Source: Candidatus Peregrinibacteria bacterium (GTDB taxonomy: Bacteria; Patescibacteriota; Gracilibacteria; Peribacterales; Peribacteraceae). From it: 64,000 bases of DNA. Within the stretch, counting starts at the first letter, position 1, and every line of letters starts with the position of its first letter. Below, in pieces: positions 56,099 through 64,000 of this stretch. The stretch is taken from positions 2,075-66,074 of the forward strand of contig JACPYA010000027.1 in the NCBI GenBank assembly GCA_016196295.1, in the 5' to 3' direction. The notes under the pieces were generated by a model, which worked only from the letters and a program-made list of their open reading frames with translations, was not told the DNA's origin and ran no database searches. The translations under genes were made by a program, and so were the position numbers.

Positions 56099-56950
56099 TT
56101 AATCGTTCTCCATTTGTCGTTCCTTCGCCTTCACGGTGTTTCGAATCAGGCTCGCGACGGTCATCGGTCCCACTCCTCCCGGCACGGGCGTGATGGCGGA
56201 TGCAATCTCTTGCACCGCTTCGAAATCAACGTCTCCTTTGAGGCCCTCTTCATCTCGGCTCACGCCAATATCCACGACGACCGCACCCTTCTTCACCATC
56301 TCTTTTGTAATCATCCGCGCTTTACCGACCGCGGCGAAGAGAAGGTCCGCCTGCTTCGTGAGACTAGCGAGGTCCCTTGTCTTGCTGTGACAGATCGTGA
56401 CGGTGGCCCCGCGATTGAGGAGCATGATCGCGAGCGGTTTTCCCACGATGTTGCTGCGGCCGACGATCACCGCGTGCTTGCCCTCGATGGGAATCTTGTA
56501 ATACGAGAGGAGCTCGATGACACCGGAGGGGGTCGCCGGCGGGAGGTGTTCGAACTCGACCGAGAGGAACATTTTCCCCAGGTTGTAGGCCCCGAACCCA
56601 TCGACATCTTTCTTGGGATCGATGGCGCGGATGACCTGCGGGACGGATTTCTCCAAATGCGGCGGCAGCGGCAGTTGCACGATGAAGCCCGTGACATCCG
56701 GGTCCGTATTCAGCGTATCGATCGTTTTCATCAGATCCTTGAGTGTGAGCGTTTCGGGCAGGTGCTTGTGCTCGTGACGCATGCCGACCTCGGTGCAGCT
56801 CTTCAATTTCTGTTTAATGTAGCTGCCGCTCGCCGGGTCGTTGCCCACCTGGACAATGACGAGCTTCGGATCCCATTTTTTTACGAGCGGTTTCAGGCGG
56901 TTCAGCAGAGAATCCGCTGCCTCTCTGCCGGAAAGGATGGTAGCCGTCAT
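56099..56950 (-). CDS. folD: bifunctional methylenetetrahydrofolate dehydrogenase/cyclohydrolase
   Basis: VGNDPASGSYIKQK, VIVGRSNIVGKPLA and PVPGGVGPMT. Confidence 0.95.
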   Translation of the reverse strand: MTATILSGREAADSLLNRLKPLVKKWDPKLVIVQVGNDPASGSYIKQKLKSCTEVGMRHEHKHLPETLTLKDLMKTIDTLNTDPDVTGFIVQLPLPPHLEKSVPQVIRAIDPKKDVDGFGAYNLGKMFLSVEFEHLPPATPSGVIELLSYYKIPIEGKHAVIVGRSNIVGKPLAIMLLNRGATVTICHSKTRDLASLTKQADLLFAAVGKARMITKEMVKKGAVVVDIGVSRDEEGLKGDVDFEAVQEIASAITPVPGGVGPMTVASLIRNTVKAKERQMEND

Positions 56951-57141
56951 GAGTGCATCGTAGCGGATGTTGAGATTTTTTGAACTCGTCTTTGGTGATT
57001 GCTTGCTCTTTCTCCCTCGGAAACCCCTCGCCCTATCGGAGAGGGAACTGCCATGTAGATCCGTTCGAAGCGATTTTCTTGCTGTTTCAAAGCGGCACTG
57101 GCAAGGTGCACCACCGATGGAAGGACGCTTGGACTACTCAC
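56947..57141 (-). CDS. possible small ORF translationally coupled to folD
   Basis: 64 codons with a GTG start. Its TGA overlaps the folD ATG (ATGA). Composition is unremarkable and no homology was recognised. Confidence 0.2.
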   Translation of the reverse strand: MSSPSVLPSVVHLASAALKQQENRFERIYMAVPSPIGRGVSEGERASNHQRRVQKISTSATMHS

Positions 57142-57283
57142 CGGCTCCCGAGCGACGGAAAATCCAGCAATTCCTGGATCGCGGAGACGATGCCCAGCGG
57201 CGAAAGCGAGAGGGGATCGAAGAAGATCTTGAGCGGGCTCGCGATGGGGTCCAGGGAGTATTTCAGCAAGATCTCTCCAAAGC

Positions 57284-57871
57284 TTAAGGCACAGTCACGA
57301 AGCTGCGGATTTTTTTTGCAACCTCGTCTTTGTCGCCGGACGTATCGATGGTATGGATACTCGGATCCTGTTCCGCCATATCGATGTACGCTTGGTGGAT
57401 TTTCTTCTGGAGATCCTTCTGCTCGAACGGATCTTTCTCCGTGCGCTTTGCGACCCGTGGCCACGACACTTCGAACGGCGGCAGCGTGAAGATCATGACG
57501 TCCGGTTTCAGGAAGTCTTTGTTCATTTCCTGGAGCCACTCCATGGGCAGCCCCTGCGATGCCCCATACATGAGCGTAGAGGGAATGTAGCGATCGGAAA
57601 TGACGATGATCCCTTTTCGGAGCGCGGGCTTGATGACGTGCTCGAGGTGCCACGCGCGATCATTGACGAAGAGCTCCTGGTACTCCCGCGGGGAGAGCCC
57701 GGAGTGCGACTTCAGTTCATCGCGAATGTGTTTTCCAACAGGCCCTTCGGACGGCTCGGCCGTCAGGAGGACTTCTTTGCCCTCGGCGCGCAGCGCATCT
57801 GCCAGGCGCTCAGAGTGCGTTGTCGTTCCCGCGCCGTCCGGTCCTTCGAAAACGATAAAAAATCCTGACAT
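57284..57871 (-). CDS. tmk: dTMP kinase
   Basis: P-loop FEGPDGAGTTTH and DRY-type motif SDRYIPS. Confidence 0.9.
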   Translation of the reverse strand: MSGFFIVFEGPDGAGTTTHSERLADALRAEGKEVLLTAEPSEGPVGKHIRDELKSHSGLSPREYQELFVNDRAWHLEHVIKPALRKGIIVISDRYIPSTLMYGASQGLPMEWLQEMNKDFLKPDVMIFTLPPFEVSWPRVAKRTEKDPFEQKDLQKKIHQAYIDMAEQDPSIHTIDTSGDKDEVAKKIRSFVTVP

Positions 57872-57906
57872 AGGCTTCCCTCATTATACTCAAAGTTTTG
57901 GCTCTG

Positions 57907-58125
57907 TCACCCCGCTTGCCTTCGAATAAGGCAATACGCGGCGAAGGCAAAACGCTCCGCAATAATCTGGTTGATTCTCTCGAGTTCGGACGGCCTCAAA
58001 ATCCCCGTGATCATGATGCGCAGTCGATCCTGCGAGATCTCCACAATGCCGACGGTATGCCCGAGCTCCTGCTCGAGAAGAGCAAGATTTTCATTCCGCG
58101 GGACGTCGCAGAGGAGCTCCAGCAT
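57907..58125 (-). CDS. small hypothetical protein
   Basis: 72-aa ORF that exactly fits the gap between the SLH-protein stop and the tmk start on the same strand. Confidence 0.35.
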   Translation of the reverse strand: MLELLCDVPRNENLALLEQELGHTVGIVEISQDRLRIMITGILRPSELERINQIIAERFAFAAYCLIRRQAG

Positions 58126-58176
58126 GAGCGACCATATTCTCCGCTTCCGTATGCCTTGTCAAAAATCCGCAGTCAT

Positions 58177-60726
58177 TTATTGAAACTCTACGGATCCCTC
58201 TGCATCCAGGCCACTCAGCGCGTTTTTCTGGAGGGCGCTCTGGGAGACCGTCACGAGCGAATCGCCCAAGCGAATGATGCGCTCGATGTCGCGCCCATAG
58301 CCGTACCACACATCACCGGATTTCTGGAACGTGTCCTCATCGTAGTGCGTGATGGTGCCGCGGAGGGTGAATCCTTTGTCGAGCGTGATGTCGTAGACGT
58401 GCGCGCCCTGGAAGATCGGGCTTCCGTACGCGCCGCCGTCATTGCCGACTTTCTGATTGGCCGGGATCCGCGCAACGGAGATCGGGAACGCGAGGAGGTC
58501 GCGGGACTTGTCGAAGAGGAGCGCCTTGTGGTTCCAGAGGAGGGGACTGTCCGTCCCGCGATCGCCGATCACGAGGTTGTGGAGTTCCTTCGGGTTCTCG
58601 ACGTCGCGAACATCGAAGATCGCGACTTTCATGCCCTGGTACCACGCGAAGTTCGGGTCTTTCGCGATCACGGCGTCCTTTCCAAAGCCGATCAAGTGAT
58701 TCTCATCGTACGGATGCAGGTAGTTGCTATAGCCGGGGATCTTCAGCTGACCGAGAATCTTCGGATTGCTCGGGTCCGACGTATCGATGACGAAGAGGGG
58801 ATCGATGTTGCGGAACGTCACCATGTAGGCGCGGTCTCCGACGAAACGGACAGAGTAGATCTGCTCGCCTGGAGCGATCTCTTCGATCTCCCCCACTTGA
58901 TTCATCTCCATGTTGAGGACGTAGAGATTATTCGTCTGACGGTTGTTGTTTCCGTCCCAGTTATTGCCCTGTGTCGTCGCGATGCGGAAATATTTCTCGC
59001 TTGTGGTGAGCGAAGTCGAACCATGCTCGTCCATCGAGAACTGATTGAGGATGCGTCCCGGTACGGAGCCTTGCGATTCCATCTCGATGCCATCACCCGT
59101 GAACTCAAAGCGGTAGACGTTCGTCTTCTCATTCGAAGTTCCTGCAGGATTCGCGGCTGCCGGGTTCCAGCTGTAGCGGTACTCGGTGTTGGCGACGTAG
59201 AGATTCTCCAGCGACGCATAGATGTTCTCCGCGGAGCCGAGGACCACGGAGGTCTGCACCTCGCCCGTCGGATTATGCAAGGGGATCACGCCGACCGTCA
59301 GGTATTGCGGCTGTGGGATGTGCGGCAAGATCATGACGTCATCGCACGGAGCCGCCGCCCTTTCCTTGTCGCCCTCCGCGGAATCTTCCATGAGCGGAAC
59401 GACTTCCTCCGGCGTTGGGGTCTTCGTCAGCGGATGCGGGCCGCCCCAGCGCACCGGGTTATTGACGACCATGTACAGCTTGTTGCCGATTTTGCGTGAG
59501 GAGACTGTGGAACCATCCAGCGCGACTTTGCGCTCCAGTTCCGGCTTGGACTTATCGGAAATGTCATAGATGCGGACCTCTGCCTTCTGCCATCCCCACC
59601 CCGGCCAGATCATCGAGTCCGTCGCCATCCGCTTCTCCACTTGTGGTGAGCCTGTCGAATCCATGATCTGCACGGGACCTCCGCCCTGGTTCCAGCGGTG
59701 ACCGATCACGACGAGGCGATTGCCATCGACGTACATGTCCGAAGGGCCAAAGCCGACTTCCTCCATATCGATGGTCGCGACATTGCGTGGCGTGCCAGAG
59801 GCATCGACGATACGGATTTGCGAGCCCCGGACGAAGTACACGTACGTGCCGTCCGTCTTCACGATGTCGGCTTCATCCACGCCTTCGACCTGCACGTTGG
59901 TCCTCGAGTAATCGCCGTCCGATCCTCCTCCCATGCCGGCGGTTTCATTCGCCGCCTTGCCCTGCTGCGCAGCGGTTACTGCATCTTCCGCCATATTGCG
60001 CATCATCGGTCCGCCGCCACGTCCTCCACGATTTGCTTCCTCCACGAATGCGCGCAGATCCACGCAGGACTTTGCCGTCTGCGGGACATCGAGCGCCAGG
60101 TTCACCGCGACCTCGGGGTACTTCACGTTGATGTACGCCTTCGTCGGCTGATCGGTCACGTCTTCACTGAGGCGCCACATCATTTCCACCATCTCGCCAC
60201 GCGAGATCTTTGCTTCCATTCTTTTGACGGAAGGAGGAATGGCTTTGGAACCTTCCAGCGCGCGGACGTACGGCTCGTACCAGTCTGCGGAGTATTGCTC
60301 GATCGGTTGATAGTAGGCGAGTGTGAGAATCTTTGCAGCTTCCGGAAAGTTGATGTTTTGCTCGGGGCGGAAGAGCCCATCGGGGTAGCCTGAAATGATT
60401 TCCTCCATCTTCGCTCGACAAACATATTCGGCGAACCATTCATGCTGCACATCCGGAAAGCAGGCAAACTCTTTGTCTGTAGCCGCTTCTTTAGATCTTG
60501 CTTCGAGGATGATCTTCAGAAATTCCGCGCGGTTGATGTTGTTATTCGCTTTGAACGTACCGTCACTGTAGCCCTCGATGACCCCTTTTTCTTCGAGCGC
60601 TTCGATGGCGGTACGGTACTGGGTGGATGCGGAGACATCCGAAAACGATTTTCCCATCGCGAGCGATGGAAGCAGGGAAGCGGTCAGCGCGATCAATGTC
60701 GCGGCCGCCGTGTGTTTCACGAACAT
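58177..60726 (-). CDS. secreted SLH-domain + beta-propeller-domain surface protein
   Basis: Signal peptide and two SLH repeats (FSDV..YRTAIEALEEKGVIEGYSDGTFKANNNINRAEFLKI and FPDV..SGYPDGLFRPEQNINFPEAAKIL). The remainder resembles the Beta_propel family (VEGVDEADIVKTDGTYVY). Confidence 0.75.
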   Translation of the reverse strand: MFVKHTAAATLIALTASLLPSLAMGKSFSDVSASTQYRTAIEALEEKGVIEGYSDGTFKANNNINRAEFLKIILEARSKEAATDKEFACFPDVQHEWFAEYVCRAKMEEIISGYPDGLFRPEQNINFPEAAKILTLAYYQPIEQYSADWYEPYVRALEGSKAIPPSVKRMEAKISRGEMVEMMWRLSEDVTDQPTKAYINVKYPEVAVNLALDVPQTAKSCVDLRAFVEEANRGGRGGGPMMRNMAEDAVTAAQQGKAANETAGMGGGSDGDYSRTNVQVEGVDEADIVKTDGTYVYFVRGSQIRIVDASGTPRNVATIDMEEVGFGPSDMYVDGNRLVVIGHRWNQGGGPVQIMDSTGSPQVEKRMATDSMIWPGWGWQKAEVRIYDISDKSKPELERKVALDGSTVSSRKIGNKLYMVVNNPVRWGGPHPLTKTPTPEEVVPLMEDSAEGDKERAAAPCDDVMILPHIPQPQYLTVGVIPLHNPTGEVQTSVVLGSAENIYASLENLYVANTEYRYSWNPAAANPAGTSNEKTNVYRFEFTGDGIEMESQGSVPGRILNQFSMDEHGSTSLTTSEKYFRIATTQGNNWDGNNNRQTNNLYVLNMEMNQVGEIEEIAPGEQIYSVRFVGDRAYMVTFRNIDPLFVIDTSDPSNPKILGQLKIPGYSNYLHPYDENHLIGFGKDAVIAKDPNFAWYQGMKVAIFDVRDVENPKELHNLVIGDRGTDSPLLWNHKALLFDKSRDLLAFPISVARIPANQKVGNDGGAYGSPIFQGAHVYDITLDKGFTLRGTITHYDEDTFQKSGDVWYGYGRDIERIIRLGDSLVTVSQSALQKNALSGLDAEGSVEFQ

Positions 60727-60858
60727 AAAAGTGCGGGGGAGAGATATATGTCACGGGGCAGGATACCAGAGCGTCCTTCCGTGGTTCCTGTAAGACGGAT
60801 GGCGGAAGAAGATCTTACAGTTGAGCTCTAACGGAACCATTAAATTCATAAAACCAGA

Positions 60859-60897
60859 GCGCCCCTTCGCGGGCGCGGACCCCTTCGCGGGCGCGGG
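60859..60897. repeat. tandem GC-rich 18-nt unit (CCCCTTCGCGGGCGCGGa) x2, hairpin-capable, just 3' of the RAYT gene
   Basis: Read directly. GCGCCC-cttcgc-GGGCGC forms a 6-bp stem in the first unit. Confidence 0.85.
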
Positions 60898-60900
60898 TTC

Positions 60901-61338
60901 TTACAAAATTTCCCATTCAGACACGTCCCATTTGCCACAAGCTGATGACCATGGATAGTCTTCCATATTTTCACAGAGCCCTGCTTTTACTGGATTCCAA
61001 TGAATGTATCGAAACGCCCCATTTGCGTTGCGAACGATGCGCATATGAAACCTTGCCTGCCACATTCTTCGGATTCCCGTATTGAATGTCATGCCTGATT
61101 TGTAGACGTTCATTATTTTTGAAATTGTTCCAGGCTCAGGGACAGTCACTAAAAAATGACAATGGTCTGGCATGATAACAAATGCATAAAGGAAGAAAGG
61201 ATGTAATTCCTGGACACGATACAGACATTCCACAGCTTCACGAGCAAGCGCTGGATTTGCAAAGATCGGGCGACGGTCTTTCGTGACGGTGGTGATGAAC
61301 ATCTTTTGTTCGTTTTGCGAGAAGTGTCTTTGGGTCAT
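60901..61338 (-). CDS. IS200-like Y1/HUH transposase (RAYT-like)
   Basis: FVIMPDHCHFLV (HUH) and YIHWNPVKAGL (Tyr helix). Paralogue of the N-terminal domain of 515-1642 (FITTVTKDRRP versus FVTTVTKDRTP). Confidence 0.8.
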   Translation of the reverse strand: MTQRHFSQNEQKMFITTVTKDRRPIFANPALAREAVECLYRVQELHPFFLYAFVIMPDHCHFLVTVPEPGTISKIMNVYKSGMTFNTGIRRMWQARFHMRIVRNANGAFRYIHWNPVKAGLCENMEDYPWSSACGKWDVSEWEIL

Positions 61339-61388
61339 GCTTTCATCATGATTTCCTATTCTGGCATTAGAAACGCATCAAGAACGTA

Positions 61389-62948
<1,560 letters not shown>

Positions 62949-63281
62949 CTATTTCACAATTCCTAGGATTGAATCCAAGTGGAGGATTTTTACTTCAACA
63001 TCTTTTCCATTTACATCTTTTAACTTCACGTCATCGCCCGCGTACTTTCCGAAGAGCACGCGATCGCCGACTTTCAAAAATTCCGAGGGATTCACGCTGT
63101 CTTTCCCCATTCCTCCTTTGCCGAGCGCCATCACGACGCCTTCCTGCGGCTTTTCGCCGGAGGCGGTATCCGGGATCACGATGCCGGACTTGGTCACTTG
63201 TTCCTTCTCGAGCGGCCGAACGACGACACGGTCGCCGATCGGTTGGATGGAAACGGCCAGCTGAAGATCATCTTTTGCCAT
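62949..63281 (-). CDS. groS: co-chaperonin GroES
   Basis: IQPIGDRVVVRPLEKEQVTKSGIVIPDTA ... VGDRVLFGKY. Confidence 0.95.
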   Translation of the reverse strand: MAKDDLQLAVSIQPIGDRVVVRPLEKEQVTKSGIVIPDTASGEKPQEGVVMALGKGGMGKDSVNPSEFLKVGDRVLFGKYAGDDVKLKDVNGKDVEVKILHLDSILGIVK

Positions 63282-63392
63282 ACGGTTTGGGATGGGAAAT
63301 GTAGTGAGAAAAACAATGTCGGCGAAGCGGTGTCGATGTGACGGTCCTTTGAGCGATCGAATATACCGGGGCGCTCGTACCGCGAAGCCGCA

Positions 63393-63419
63393 TTAGCACT
63401 CGGCATTGTAGATTGCCAA
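63393..63419. promoter_or_regulatory. CIRCE-like operator (HrcA site) upstream of groES
   Basis: TTAGCACTC-N9-GATTGCCAA versus consensus TTAGCACTC-N9-GAGTGCTAA: left half 9/9, right half 7/9. It lies 112 nt upstream of the groES ATG. Confidence 0.6.
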
Positions 63420-63467
63420 CATGGGCTCCGTCAATCCCTGACGAGGAGATTATGGGGGGTGTGCGTT

Positions 63468-64000
63468 TTAGTCCAAGTATGCCAGGATCTCACTCAGATG
63501 ATTGATGCGTTTTTTGGTAACGTCGTGCTTGTAGCCGAACGGCACACCGCACGCATCAAACATGCAACGGTCGCCCTTTCCGTCGCCGACGGCGACGCAT
63601 TCTTCCTTGGTGCACTTGAACTTTTTACGCACGCGTTCCACGGCTTTGCCCTTGCACACGTACATGCCGCAGCAGGCACGGCTGACATCCTCGAATCTCG
63701 ACGGCTTTAAGATTCCCGTGTACCGATGATGGAGGTCGATGCGAATGCGCGGGCAGAGGAAATCGTAGATATTCAGCCGGGCGGCGAAGTGGCGAACCAC
63801 CGGCGAGAACGCCGCAGACACGATGCGCACGCGGTATCGCCGCAGACGCAATCGCCGGATGACTTCCTCAGCCAGGGGTTCCAAGGGGATCTTCGCGCAG
63901 ATCTTATTCACGTCAGCCTGCGTTTTTCCCTTGAAGTGGCGCGCAAGTGTTTTCGTGATGACGGCGTCGGGAATCTCGCCCCTCGCAAATCTCTCTCGGA
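63468..64000 (-). CDS. HAD-superfamily hydrolase (PSPase-like), 5'-partial at window edge
   Basis: VAVGDGKGDRCM (HAD motif IV-like). The frame stays open to the end of the window. Confidence 0.5.
   Translation of the reverse strand, partial: RERFARGEIPDAVITKTLARHFKGKTQADVNKICAKIPLEPLAEEVIRRLRLRRYRVRIVSAAFSPVVRHFAARLNIYDFLCPRIRIDLHHRYTGILKPSRFEDVSRACCGMYVCKGKAVERVRKKFKCTKEECVAVGDGKGDRCMFDACGVPFGYKHDVTKKRINHLSEILAYLD

Overview
This is a 64-kb GC-rich bacterial chromosomal segment with very tight gene packing; many neighbouring genes share ATGA, TAATG or GTGA start/stop overlaps. Housekeeping genes present: ftsK, a Ham1/RdgB pyrophosphatase, holA, greA, carB, mnmA, prfA, purD, purF, folD, tmk, groES/groEL, tRNA-Tyr(GTA) and tRNA-Leu(TAA). 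They are interleaved with envelope and accessory blocks:
- a MacAB-type efflux operon (adaptor, ATPase, two permeases)
- a secreted S8 protease
- a 900-aa RTX plus cysteine-rich-repeat protein
- an M23 peptidase
- an 8-gene CDP-3,6-dideoxyhexose/branched-sugar cluster, followed by a GT2 and a YfhO-like membrane protein
- a dockerin / cohesin-FN3 / cupredoxin-like operon
- a sortase
- an SLH plus beta-propeller protein

Mobile DNA: an IS30-family element lies beside tRNA-Tyr and an IS481-like element lies between purF and folD. There are three IS200-like Y1/HUH (RAYT-type) genes. One is fused in frame to Ham1/RdgB, one is flanked by inverted REP-like hairpins, and one abuts a groEL that appears 3'-truncated.

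The most unusual signal is non-coding. At least 12 intergenic gaps are filled almost edge to edge by inverted arrays of tandem 7-9-mers. The repeat unit differs between loci, but the architecture is shared. Palindromes also sit in frame inside two coding regions: a GTAG-type palindrome in the RAYT domain and a hairpin pair in the carB linker.

Monoderm-type surface genes and compact spacing suggest a Patescibacteria/CPR-like (possibly Peregrinibacteria-like) origin, but that is only an inference. No rRNA or CRISPR array was seen. All protein calls rest on motifs read by eye from the supplied translations; no database search was run.
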